A stretch of DNA of 63,112 bases, counting the filler, from Atractiella rhizophila (taxonomy: Eukaryota), in assembly GCA_021432655.1 (NCBI GenBank). It is 6 parts of 6 records of this genome, joined end to end, with 100 filler letters (N's around TTAATTAATTAA, not from the genome) between each part and the next. Parts side by side here need not be neighbours in the genome. Positions count along the whole stretch, not along the records: positions 13,606 to 24,638 come from MU271980.1; positions 24,739 to 38,081 come from MU271981.1; 4 more parts are not named here. The stretch is one strand, 5' to 3'. Position numbers and translations under genes: made by a program. The notes under the pieces are model-generated. The model was not told where the DNA came from and made no database searches. It saw only the letters and a list, made by a program, of their open reading frames with translations. Below are positions 14,031-25,510 of this stretch, piece by piece (positions within the stretch are counted from its first letter, which is position 1; each line of letters begins with the position of its first letter).

Positions 14031-16393
14031 ATGTCGACTTCAGTAATCCTTCTCCTCACATTCCTTTCCCTTTTTTCTCTCGTTGACGCTCACTCCTCCA
14101 ATCTCGCCAACACCAATCGCCTGCATGCCAAGCTTCGGATGGAGCGCAGGCAGAAGTCCTCTTGCGTACGGAGGAACGAGACTTCGGCAGTGTCCATCTC
14201 TACTCCCAAGTCCTCCTCTGGGGTCTCCGGAACGACCCTCGTGGATGCCGAGGTCACTTCTCTCGGAAAGAAAGGCAGAGTAGCGGTTAAGCAGGCTGGG
14301 ACCTTTGTGCCACAATCGCTCAAGAAGTCTAGCAATAGCAATGGTGGACAGTGCACAATCAGTGTTTCGTCCAAGGTGAGTGTTCTCTCATTACTTCACG
14401 ATAAACGTGGGAACGGGAGCGGATGGAGTTGCGATTTTCCTCAGCACGGTAATTACGTGATCGGTTGACTTTGCTCTTTATTGTTTTCCCTAGACGAACA
14501 AAGCCATCCAAGCCTCTGTCAAGAACTCCGCTCAGAACTGCGAGGACGCAGCAAAGGCAACCGTTCAAAGTGACGCTGGTAAGTCCTTTTTCATATGCTG
14601 CGGGTTGTCAAGTCCGATCCTCATGGCTGCCACTTGTGACATGTGTGCGCAGAAGGACTTTTGGGATGCTATCGAATCGGATTCTTGGATATGACCAACC
14701 GTCAGTTTGGAGCTGAACTCTCCGTCTGGAACGCTGGGTCTCAACTCTCTTCTTCGGACCTATCCAAGGCATCCCTCCAGCTCTCATGGTCGAACGGCAC
14801 TAAGAACTTAGCCACCGCTCCCGGATCTTTCGCAACTACCGACGAATCTTCTGGTTCCATCTCGAAAGTAGGAAGCTTTCACTTTGTCTCCGACCTCCCG
14901 GCGTCGTTCAGCTCCTCCTCCGATCTCGCGGACCTTACCCCTTCACTCGCCGCAGCCGGAGTCGACCTTTCCAACGTTCTCGGACTCGTCGATGTTACCA
15001 GCTTGAACAACACCCTGCTCGCGGATTCCAAGTGGGGTCTGTACGACAAACAATTCGTCGTTGAGCAAGAGAGCACCCTTACCCGATTCGTCCGATTCGT
15101 CAAGAGGAAGTTCGTCGACCTCTCCAACGGTGCTCAAGATGACTCTACGAAGGAGGACTCTGCTTCTTCCACCGATTCGGTCGACAAATCTTCTTCGTCC
15201 GAATCAGTAGCAGAGGAGACGAAATCCACTAAGTCGTCTGCCGCTGCTGAGACTAAGGCTGCGGCGAAGGGCGATTTGGGAGGCTTCCTCGATCAGGCCA
15301 ACTCGCAAGCTGGAGCTGATGCTACGTCGACTTCCAAGGCGAGCAAAGCGACGGAGACTTCCTCTGCCAGCGCAGAGGACAGCGCTTCCTCCACCACTTC
15401 ATCTGCTCAAGCCAAGGAGACAAAAGGAAACAACAAAGGGAATAGCGGCAACAGCGGTAAGAACAACAGCGGCAAGGACAACACCGGCAAGAACAACAAC
15501 GGCAGCAACAACAACGGTAACAGCAACACGCAGATCATCGTTTCGGACAGTTCTTGCACCGTCATTGTCACCGATTCTGGCATCGTTATTTCGGATGGAG
15601 TCATTGTCAGCAGTGGGACTGGAGCTGCAGGTTTAACCATCACCAACGGCATTGTCATCACGGAAACCGTCACGGAGACCGTTACCAGCTCCGAATCGAA
15701 AAGCACTGATACCACCTCAAGCGAGAAGGGGAAGACGACAACGACTGAAGACTCGACCTCGACTTCCACCAAAGACACCTCGTCTGCCGAAGCGACCACC
15801 ACCACCACCTCCTCCGATGCTAGTTCGACTGGAGGAGTTGGAGTCAACGTAGTTGGATTCGGCACTTCCGTTGGTGCAGATGAAGTCTCCAGTGTTCTTG
15901 CCAGTGCGACTGCTACTGCCTCAAGCGCAGATTCGACGACTGTCATTGAAGGAACTAGTACCAGTACTTCGGACGATTCGTCGTCGACGACTGAGACCCC
16001 TTCTTCAACGACTACCGGTACTGTTCAGGGAGCTTTGGGAGCGGGAACTTCGTTAGCTGATACGACGTACGTCCCATCCCTCTGTCCGGGATGACTTGAC
16101 GATTGAACAATGTCTACAGTGCGAGCTCTACTAGCACGCCATTCCAATTGCCTGGAAGGCAGTTGCAGGTTCTTCCCATTGGTTTGGGAGTTTTCGCTGG
16201 TGTTTCCGTGCTCGCTTTGGCGGTATGTTTTCTGCTTATCCGAGTTCGAAATGCCGAACTGACGACTGGGCTGTAGATTGTTGGAGTAGTGACTTATGAG
16301 AGGAGGAAGTACAGGAGGCAATTCCGTCTGAGACGGGAACAGGAACAGGCGTCCGCTGGATTGAGGGGAGGGATGACTGAAGTTAGGATTTAA
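14031..16393 (+). CDS. Ser/Thr-rich mucin-like type I membrane (cell-surface) protein
   Basis: Signal peptide MSTSVILLLTFLSLFSLVDA, long S/T-rich ORF 14643-16094 with an N/G/K repeat, and spliced C-terminal exons giving FQLPGRQLQVLPIGLGVFAGVSVLALA|IVGVVTYERRKYRRQFR (TM plus basic tail). TAA at 16391-16393. Confidence 0.8.
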
Positions 16394-16802
16394 AGGACAA
16401 AAGGTTGAACTCCCATTTCTGAGATTTGGGAGGGATTAGGAGTAGAAAAAAGGGGAAGCTTCGTACTGCTTGGGTCTTAGAGGTTGCATTTCATCTTTTC
16501 TTTTGTCTTTCGCACGAGCAGGGGGTTAACTTGACCTCCATTTCGACTTTCCTTCACACACCGTTTATTTGTTGCCTTTTACTACCCTTGCTCTCTTATT
16601 CCTATTTCAGGTGGATGTAGCAACATCTTGAAATCCAAGCGGTTTGAAGTCGATGTACTCGCGAGTTAGCAGTGTCGTATCCAATCACATCTCAAACCGT
16701 TCGCATCTTGCAGTTTTGCTTGCCAAAAGGGTCATGTGACGTCGCATAATACGGCACGTCAGCCCACAAAAAAGTTTCCCAATTTCCAAACCACCATTCG
16801 AG

Positions 16803-17819
16803 ATGCAACGAGCCCTCCTGTCAACCTCAAAGCATGTTGCAAAGGCAGCTTTCACGCGAGCCGGAGCTAGGAGGAGCATAGGGATGGGAGCGCAGAGTGC
16901 AGATACCCCAGGAAAGAATACGAAGTCGTTGGTCGTTGGCAGTGGTTTGCTGGTTGGCACGCTGGCGCTTGGAACGCTTTTCTCGTCTTCTGGGAAGGAG
17001 AAATTGAAAGGTGAGCACTCATGTTCATTCCTTTAAAGGCTGTTAGAGCTACAGCGTAAAATGGGGAATGTGGTTGATTGGTCATCGTTCGGCTCTCCAT
17101 AACTTGACCAGTTACCAAGCGATAATATGTGCTTTGATGTCGCCCACAAACCATACTTGATTGCTGACACCTTTCACCAGACGCAGCAAATTCGTCCCAA
17201 CTGTCATCAACAGCTGAAAAGCTCAAAGACGAAGCTCAATCCCTTGCTTCTCACGCCGTCGACTCCTCTACTGCTTCTAACGCCGAGGGTCACTCTTCAG
17301 AGGAAGAGGAGGTGGATCCTTCGCAGGCAGCTTTCAACCCGGAGACCGGAGAAATAAACTGGGACTGCCCCTGCCTAGGTGGGATGGCACATGGACCGTG
17401 CGGCGAGCAATTCAAAACCGCTTTTTCGTGCTTCGTCTACTCAGACAAGGAGCCGAAAGGGATGGAATGTGTCGAGGCCTTCACAGCCATGCAGGATTGC
17501 TTCAGGGCTCATCCAGACGTCTACGCTGCCCGTGAGCCTCTCCTTGTCACCTGGCCGTCAGGGAGAGGTTTCTCATACGTCCTCCATTTGACGAACGATA
17601 GATGATTACGAAGACGACGAAGAGGAGGACATTGAGTTTGCGATCCGAGAAGCAGAGTTGGCAACAAGGGATGGAGAGGAGCCTGCTCAACCACGGTACG
17701 TCGTTTCACCCTTTCAATGGAGATGTGCTGACTGCTGACGCTGCCTCCTTGTTCTCTTCAGGACGCCTTCATCATCTAATTTGAGAGACTCGGCAGAGTC
17801 TACAACACATGAAAAGTGA
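16803..17819 (+). CDS. MIA40: Mitochondrial intermembrane-space import oxidoreductase Mia40
   Basis: Presequence plus TM segment, then [35 protein letters not shown]...[16 protein letters not shown] (CPC and twin CX9C). Three introns. Confidence 0.95.
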
Positions 17820-18079
17820 TCATACTGCATCCTCATCATATATGCTTCCTTGTAATCACCATTCAAACTTTCAAGTTGTTTTTGCTTGAAATCGGATTGC
17901 ACGATTTGTCAGCCCTCTGCTCGCACTACAAGGTGTCGTAAATTATAAAGCAATCTCCACTCTCCCTACTTAAGAACTACTGATATTCTACTACCTCAAG
18001 TGAACCCAGTGAGGCGAACTTTTGAGATGCGAATTCGATGCGTCAAATAAGAAATCTTGTACCAAGGTTGATGCAATGT

Positions 18080-20134
18080 TCAGAGAATAGAACTGCGAGA
18101 AAACCGTAAATCAGGCTCTTCAATGAGAGACGTAGACAAAGGACGTACGTCAATTCTCTGTCGTATTTTGGATGAATAGACGTGTGGTTCGCCTATTTTC
18201 TGCTCAGTCTTGACCATGACATTATGATGAGAAACATACGACTCCCTCGACGCGGTGATACGCGTTCAAGTTCTTGTGAAGGGTGATTTGGAACAAGCTC
18301 GAACCTCCTTGCCTGGATTACGTTCGCTGAGCAGCGGAACAGAAGGGCAGAGGGGCAAACAAACCTGGCAGTGATCACAGAGGAGGCAAGGAAGAAGACC
18401 CATTTCCTGTACCATTCCTCTCCGTACTTCTCAACCACCTTGTCCTTGTTGGAGAGCCAGCTATGAACCGCATCGTCAAAAACTATTCTAGATCAGTCAA
18501 AAAAAGTACTTCTTATACCACCTGTTCAACGACGTAAATTAGTCCTGACCCACTTATGAACCGACGGACGGCAAACTCACCTCCACAAAGTAGCAGAGTA
18601 GTGAACACCCAGAACATCAATGTTCTTAACCTCGAAACCAGCAGCCTCAAGTTTGGTGATGACCCATCCGAGAGAACAGGAGGCGTCGGCACCAGGGAAC
18701 ACGTATTTGTTCTGCCAGTCTAACTCAGATCTTTGCTGCGAGGCCAAGGATAAACACACCATAAAGAGGCCCCAATTCAAATCCTCATACTGCCAGGAAG
18801 GACGGAGACCTGCAACTTGGAAGACAAAGGTTCCATCGTCGTCCAAGAGATCGTAGACCTGCTTGAGGAACGTTCCATATCGCCTGATTCCTACATGCTG
18901 TACCAGATGGCAAACGCTAAGTCCAAGTCTACGGAACACAAAAAAGATGAGGAATGGCAACGGACCTCTGCCATTTCCAAGCTCACAATCTTCGTAAACC
19001 TATTCTTGGGCTCGGCGGGGATTTCTCTATAATCCAGGCAGAGAACCCTCGCTTTTTGTGGATTGACACCGTTTTCCTTAATGCGAGTATTGCCAAAATG
19101 GGCTTGCTCCTTCGCCAACGTAACTCCCGTTGCATCGCAGTCATAATTTTTCGCAGCGTAAGCTGTGAGCGTTCCCCATCCACATCCGATGTCCAAGAGC
19201 TTGTCTTCAGGCTTCAGATCCAACTTTTGGCACACAAGAGCGAGCTTGTTATCCTGTAGCTGTTCGAGAGACTCTTCGACGGAAGCGTCGTTGATCACTC
19301 CGGAGGTATAAATCATACGTGGACCCAAGAACCACTCGTAAAAGTCGTTACCGCCTATTCCAGCAAGTACGAATAGTTAGACTAGAAGGCAAGGAGAAAT
19401 CAGTAGAACATACGGTCGTAATTGTCTCTAATTTGTTTCTCGTCTTGCTCAGAAGTGTGGAAGAGGACGTCAGGGATGAGGTTCTTCAGAACGTATTCAA
19501 GGAGCTTCCACGTCATTGGGAACGATACAAAGTCATGTCTGTACTCCAAGACGTCGAGGCAGTCACCTGTGCAATTCAGGCAGAACCATATCAGTGAACA
19601 CCGAAAGCGTTAGAGAAAAGACTAACCCTTGAAGTCCAGTTTTCCCTCAAAGTAAGCATCATGCAGAACCTGATAGGGTATTTTTGTTTTCCCGTTGTAC
19701 TTCTGCCTCAATTCCGCGTCCTTGATATCAATATAATGCTCTAGATCCTTTCCTGGGAGCTTGCACTTCTCGTTGATTCTTGGACCATAATTCGACATAA
19801 ACATCCAGTAACCCAACGTGATTGGCCCTCCGAGGGTGAAGAAGAGAATCCACCACGACCACTTGAACCCGAAGTACGGTACCCAGCCCGTTAATATCGC
19901 AGGAACAACGGTGAGTAAAAGGGCAAGGTGGAGGTTAGAAAAGGACCCATTTCCCTCTGCAGGCAGAGGAGGGTTGGGAATCGTTTTTGCGTTCGAAGTT
20001 CGTACTCCACAATCCGCCATCTATGGAATAGTTATTGGGAAGCTTCTCATGAGAATTTGAGGAAAATAAACGGAACTCACCTTCGTCGTCGTTGGGGAGA
20101 ATTTTTTGGTCTCTTTATTATTCTGAGTGCACAT
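18080..20134 (-). CDS. Sphingolipid C9-methyltransferase (CFA-synthase family)
   Basis: PAEGNGSFSNLHL N-terminus with two TMs, LGPRMIYTSG, SAM motif LLDIGCGWG, SLEMAE, WGLFM..KYVFPGADASC, LHKNLNAYHR. Multi-exon; ATG at 20134. Confidence 0.92.
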
Positions 20135-20291
20135 ATTTGTCTCCCTGCCACGTGGCGTTCTGTCACGGTCACGATCAAGCAGACAAGTTTTCAACGACCA
20201 CAGCAAACTCCGGCAGAGCTCATGATAAAGCAGGTCTTATAGGATTCATTCAGGGATTCATTACGAGAGACTGAGGACATCGCAAGGAACT

Positions 20292-20500
20292 ATGAACTCT
20301 CTTTACACCATAGCCCAGCGACAAACATCCAACATCTCTTCTGACCTCTCTCTGCTCGAGCAAACAATCCAATCAGGTTCAAAGACCACTTCGTTATATG
20401 GGCAAATTAATGCTTCTTTATCTGGATTGTCGCGGACGGTAGATGACTATGAAGGTCTTGCACGGCGGGAAGTGGGCGACGAGAAGCGTCAGAAAGCCAG
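20292..20500 (+). CDS. BOS1: Golgi Qb-SNARE Bos1/membrin, first exon (the rest lies in the mirror-reversed block)
   Basis: MNSLYTIAQRQ...GQINASLSGLSRTVDDYEGLARRE. Continues in frame into the sequence read backwards from 23643. Confidence 0.92.
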
Positions 20501-20852
20501 GGGGGAACAGGGGGAAGCCTCTTTCTCACAGAACGGCGGGCCGATTATGACAACAGTAGGGGAACGGCGTTGCCTCTAGAGCTTTGGTCGCCAAAGAATC
20601 GTGGGAAGACATTAAGCTCGGCCTTCTTTCCTCGAACTTGCTCTGAGGTCAACGCGAACAGGCAATGGAATCCGGCTGTATTGGTAACTGTTCACAGGCG
20701 TGGTTAGTAGGGGTCTTTAAAGGGGGATTAACTCCGCGCGTACGGGACAGGGGCCGTTTTAAGCTCTCGCGTTAAGGGTTAAAGGCCACGTGTTTCTGGC
20801 GAGTGTATTCCTGTCTCGTCCTCAGCCGCTGAGGGAAGAGCGTCCGTCGTCC

Positions 20853-22571
20853 TACCTGCTTAGCGAACGGTTCTACTGTTGAGTATGGAGGTAGGAGAAG
20901 CAGTGGGTTGGACTTCGTCCAGTCCGTTTACAGCAGAAGAGGCAGTAGGCGGTGAAGGAGGAAGAGAGAGTTCTTATGCCAGTGTTGCAGTCTCATGTGG
21001 AACGACGGCTGGGACTATTTCCCTTCAAGTTCGCTGCGCAGCTCTTTTGAAAGTGCCGAAGTCTTCAGTGGAAAGTGGGTGACTCGCTAGCCCCTCACTC
21101 TCTTCGCTCACTTGTTTCGTAGCTTAACAACGCTGTAGGAGGTCGACGCTTCCTAAGCTTTGGCATACATCTCTACTGATTCTACGATTGAACCCTAGGG
21201 ATGCAGATACGGTTCTTACACTTCCTCCAGTACCTCTAGCAGCTGTCCAACGTCGGCCGAGAGCATCACACGCTGGTTAACCGGTACATGCCACAGCTAC
21301 GCGAAGTCTGGAACTTCTTCGCTAAACAGCAAGAGAGGGGCTGGGAGAATCCTCTGCAAATGGAGTAAGGAGTAGTTGGAACCTACGTTACCAATACCGT
21401 AATAGGGTCATTCAAATGCTTGGTGAAGTGACGTTGATTTCACTTACGACTTCGGAGATTTGTTATCAGCGTAAGTGACCGGACGGAATGGGACAGGGAG
21501 AGGAGAGCTAGGGTTGCTTGTATGAGAGTAAGTAAGCTGAACGAATGCGGTGCTGCTGAAGGGGTCTCTAGTTTCTTGAGGCAGAACACGCGTTCTCGGT
21601 TCCTTAATGTCCTGGCGAGGGAAAACAGCTACCTATAGGTTGTGTTCGTCTCGAGAAGGAGAGGCGTCCGAAAGCTCTTCGCCTAAAGGGTGAGAGACGG
21701 GATGGAGTCTTGCGTCACCTCACACCTGGGTATGAGAAGCTGCTGCGGAGGAGCCTCGCTCGTTACCTTCTCTTCCGCCTCGACCTCCAGACCTACCTAC
21801 TTCGCTTTCGACTCTTTGTTCTGTAGCAGGAGTAGAGCGAGCCTTTAGTGCAGCAGAAGAGCTTTCTTAGTTTCCTATGCCTGCGCTAGCGTTTCCGTTA
21901 AGCTACGCAGTAAAGACGAAACTTGCAGTCTCACTAGACCTTCGAGGGGTTGCGCCTCCTGTTACGACTCTACGAGGCTAGACAAGAACCTTTGCTTACG
22001 GAGGACCGCGACTTCCCTCGCAGCCAAAACTTCCCCTACCGCTTCCGCTTTTCTCAAACCTAGTGCCTAACCTAACACGTCGGAGAGGTGTGCGAAATAT
22101 TTGTGCTATGCCACTTTCACAAGCAAGTAGTACCTCCGCCCTTGAGCATAGAGCTTAGCCGGTTTATACCAGATTTCGTCAAACAGGAAGGAAACGAAGA
22201 CGAGACTTCAACCGATTGTAACTTAGGTGTCTTAGTAAGAACGTGTTACCATGCTGAATATATGCTTAAGTCCGTACTGGAGAGGGGACAAGAATATTGG
22301 TACGACTGGGACAAACTTTCGAGCTCGGCTTATAGTGCCGCAGCCTTAAACCCGATTGTTCAGAACGCGTGGAGTACAGAGCAGTTGACTTGACAGCAGA
22401 CCCTAATTCGAACAAGATCTCCTCTTTTTCATATGTCTTCGACAACTGGCTGAGGCTATACGAACAAGTTACTGACCGCCACCTGCAGATCGACGAGTCT
22501 TCAACCAGCTGGACTACACCGCACAGCTGCTTCTTCTCTATAGTTACAACTCCGCATTTTTTGTTCTGACT
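20853..22571. CDS. UDP-glycosyltransferase (GT1), ~519 aa, encoded by the left-to-right complement (true minus strand once the block is flipped)
   Basis: Complement reads ILFVTQPEAGQANVVF...CGPIL...DIVLISLGNH...RVIWKL...WITDWIVQ...VKVFVHHGGGNSYLESAKYGLKQIILAQWYD...GVGIWANK...TGA. Introns at 21409-21467 (GT-AG), 22180-22231 (GT-AG) and 22273-22320 (GC-AG). Exons sum to 1560 nt. Confidence 0.93.
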
Positions 22572-22998
22572 ATGTGCTATGGATGGTATCCTGTTCTTCT
22601 CAGGTACAGACAGAAATAGTAGAGTGGTGTATCCGGGACTACAAATATGTTAAATACGACGAACATACGATGTCACTTTCGTAGCTGCTTCTTCTTCCGC
22701 TTATCCTTCTTCCCCTCATTAAACTCGTACGGTTTCTTCTTATTCTTCTTCTTTCCCTTTTTCCAAGCGCGAGGCAATAAGGTTACCACAATGCTGTGAC
22801 TTGGCGCCAGAGAGTGTCACTGGGTGCAGGTGTGAGTAACAGAAGCCGATCAAACACTCAAGCGCATTGCCATAGTCATACCTCACTTTATTCAATCAGC
22901 AACGTTGGGCAATTTTTAGTACGTGAGCAGTTCTTTTCTTAATTTGTTGTGCTATATAGGTGCTTAGTGGATCCAGATTTATTGCCTTCGCCTTATTT

Positions 22999-23643
22999 AG
23001 TAGGCTCCATAAACTCCTACTTTTTCTTCCTATGCTTTCACGGATAACGGGGTTGATAGTTCTAATTGTTCAGAGGAGAGCAAGCTGCAAGCTACTTGCT
23101 TTAACATAAGGCTCTATTAGGATCCCACAAACGTCGTAGCTCTTCTGCGGCAGCTCAGGGACAGGTGTATAAAGTGAGTCGTACAAGACCCTTTCGAAGC
23201 ACATCTCCCTTTTCCTTCGCGATATGTTTGGAAACTCGTACAGGGAGACGAGGCAGTACAAGGGATCATAACGGACAGGAACCCGTTCCATGTATAGCTC
23301 GCGACGTGGCCACCTTCTCTCCTTGCTCAAAAGTAACTCGCGTATTAAGCAAGCCGGCAGGTTGTAGCACCCTCCTCGTAATTTCCATCGACACACGGGC
23401 GCTTTCACGGGTGCTGACAATCACAACCTCTTGCCTGAGAGACGACAGGCCCTTCTCCTGCGCTTCCGCCTCCTTCATACCTTATCGCTCAGAGCGAGAA
23501 ACAAACTGAGGTAAACAAACTCTCAGAGTTCCGCTCAGAAGTCACGGCTTTTTAGCAGTGCCTGTGCGAAACGAGCAGACACAGGCCTATAGGTAATGAT
23601 GCGCAGGTATGGTAACAACCCTTATCCTCCTTGTATGTTGTAG
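22999..23643. CDS. BOS1: BOS1 remaining exons, read right-to-left without complementing
   Basis: Reverse reading gives RML|RAKRVRDDFSALK...ALNENSFL...LDMYLAQGQAILGNMTEQRDMLK|GTRRRLLDAANTLGLSRNTISFIERRTRGDLLILIVGAIGTFVSFFFILKYLG*. Introns at 23637-23578 and 23230-23160; total CDS 723 nt (240 aa). Confidence 0.93.
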
Positions 23644-23668
23644 NNNNNNNNNNNNNNNNNNNNNNNNN

Positions 23669-24367
23669 CTTTGCTGTCCATGCCCGAAAGAACCGTCCTT
23701 AAGTTTGGTAACGATTTGGGTGAGGATTTCTGTGTTCAAAGGTGCCTGGACCTCTCTTCCGTCGATGCTTTGGCTCTTCCCCAGACCCAACCGATCATAG
23801 GCGAATACGGTGTAACCTAACAACCGTTCGCCTCAACCTCTTGCCAAATACAAACGAAGCGAGCATACCCTGAGAGGTGGCATAGTCGATGTAGTTGTAT
23901 TTCTCGGGCTGATAGGCTATTTCGTATTCTGCTTCCACCTCCCATGCAGCATGCACCAGCACTTGAATCGTGTCCGGATTCTTCGCTGCTGTGTATGCAG
24001 GGGGATAACAGAACTTTCCAAAGTGAGTAAATGTGGCTGTGGTGTATTCGGATCCCTACTCCTCGTTGAGCACACAATCCCTGCTAAAAGAAGAAGCTAC
24101 AGTGACGGGGTTGATCACGCCTCCAAAGATGTCTTCAAGCAGCTTCTGTGCTTCAGCTTGGGTGGTCGGAAGAGTCAAGTCAATATCGAAGCGTTCATAC
24201 GTGGCTTCTACGTCGAAGTAGAACTTGGGAACTACATCAGTATCCTTCTCTTGATGCGTAGAAATACCTACAGAGTTGCAGTTTGCTGTCTGGTGTTGCT
24301 GAGTGGTCGGCGCACTGATGGCGCCGAGGATGAAAGATACCAGCGATACTGTTTTGATGGAATGCAT
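23669..24367 (-). CDS. Secreted alpha/beta-fold hydrolase (3' end lost at gap)
   Basis: Signal peptide MHSIKTVSLVSFILGAISA, NYIDYA, and GYTVFAYDRLGLGKSQSIDGREVQ, typical of fungal AB-hydrolase-1/6 proteins. Confidence 0.8.
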
Positions 24368-24738
24368 TTTATTGGCGCTTTATGATGATGAGATATGTCG
24401 CTCGAGTGATGACATTCTCCATATCTGTCGACGACCTTTTATATCTGCGCGTTCAGCCAACCCCATGAACTGTTTCACAGAGCTGTGAAGTGTGTAGGGG
24501 GCGGGTCAGAATCCCTAACGGCTCTAGGTAACTTGCAACCTGTTGTAGCGTAGAAGTATCTTGATTGAAAACTGCATCTCCGTGAGCATTCTTTGCCCGA
24601 GAGGAGAGTCCGTCAAGTCTTGAGACTCCGACGAAATANNNNNNNNNNNNNNNNNNNNNNNNNNNNNNNNNNNNNNNNNNNNTTAATTAATTAANNNNNN
24701 NNNNNNNNNNNNNNNNNNNNNNNNNNNNNNNNNNNNNN

Positions 24739-25510
24739 ATTCTTGACTGTGCTGGCTTCATTGAGGCAATAATCCCCTTCTTCGTCACTTTCTAATAGCC
24801 TAAGAGCCATACATGTAGCCTTGAAAGTCTCATGGACAGTTCCCTCGACTGTTCGGATATCCTCAAAAGATTTTGGGCTGGCGAGCTGATGCAGAAGCAA
24901 TCAGAGATAGAATAACTCCCCTTGTGACAGCCAACATAGTAGATACGGCCAATAGCTTCTTGTCTCTCCTGGATTTTCCAAGAGCATGAGCCCGACTTCC
25001 AGGTAAGGAATTGAGGAGCCTTAGGATAGGTAAGGTCTTCAGTAATGTTGGGGTTTTCCCGACAGTAGGTGAAGCAGTCTGTCAACATTGTTTTGGTGAT
25101 GTTGTTCCTGCCAAGAATGTTACCCAGGGATTTATCCGGAGGATTAAAGATTAAAGGTCACAGAACGCCGATCCGGAAGGGGTACTGCCAAGGGAATAAC
25201 CACAGGAAAATGCTGGTGTAAATTAAAGCGGAAAATCCAGTAACAGGCTATAAAATTTTATCAAATAAGCCCTAACATCATCTCAGGAGTAGTTCTAAAC
25301 ACTTCAGAAGATCCAATGAATCTAGCAGCCAAGTACTCTTGAATCTCATCCATCACCCTAATATCACTTCGGGCGCTATAAGGACAGCTTGTGCCTGATC
25401 CTTTCCTTTGTAGATGTATTTGAACAGGTATTTGATTGATTTTGATGGAGATGCATAGCTCACATTGATATGGGCTGTAAACTGACGAAGAATGTCAGCA
25501 TTAAATGGTC
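24739..25510 (-). mobile_element. Helitron Rep/helicase fragment, degenerate
   Basis: PFNADILRQFTAHINVSYASPSKSIKYLFKYIYKG, AIGRIYYV, and LLLHQLASPKSFEDIRTVEGTVHETFKATCMALRLLESDEE. Stops and frameshifts present. Confidence 0.9.

Larger units (their letters stand above)
20501..23643. other. Mirror-reversed (reversed, not complemented) 3143-nt block, probable gap-fill artefact
   Basis: TpA/ApT ratio inverted (16 vs 1 in 21781-22020, manual count). Backwards reading completes BOS1 and the complement encodes a UGT. Right edge abuts a 25-N gap at 23644-23668. Confidence 0.97.

Noticed and set aside
20292..20579. BOS1 as a truncated pseudogene or TE-disrupted gene
   Set aside because: The full gene is recovered by un-reversing the adjacent block.
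20501..23643. Apparent ascomycete-style RIP (extreme TpA excess) in a basidiomycete
   Set aside because: ApT is depleted in mirror fashion and CpG is retained. Reversal of ordinary genic DNA explains it fully, and the ORFs listed for this block are spurious.
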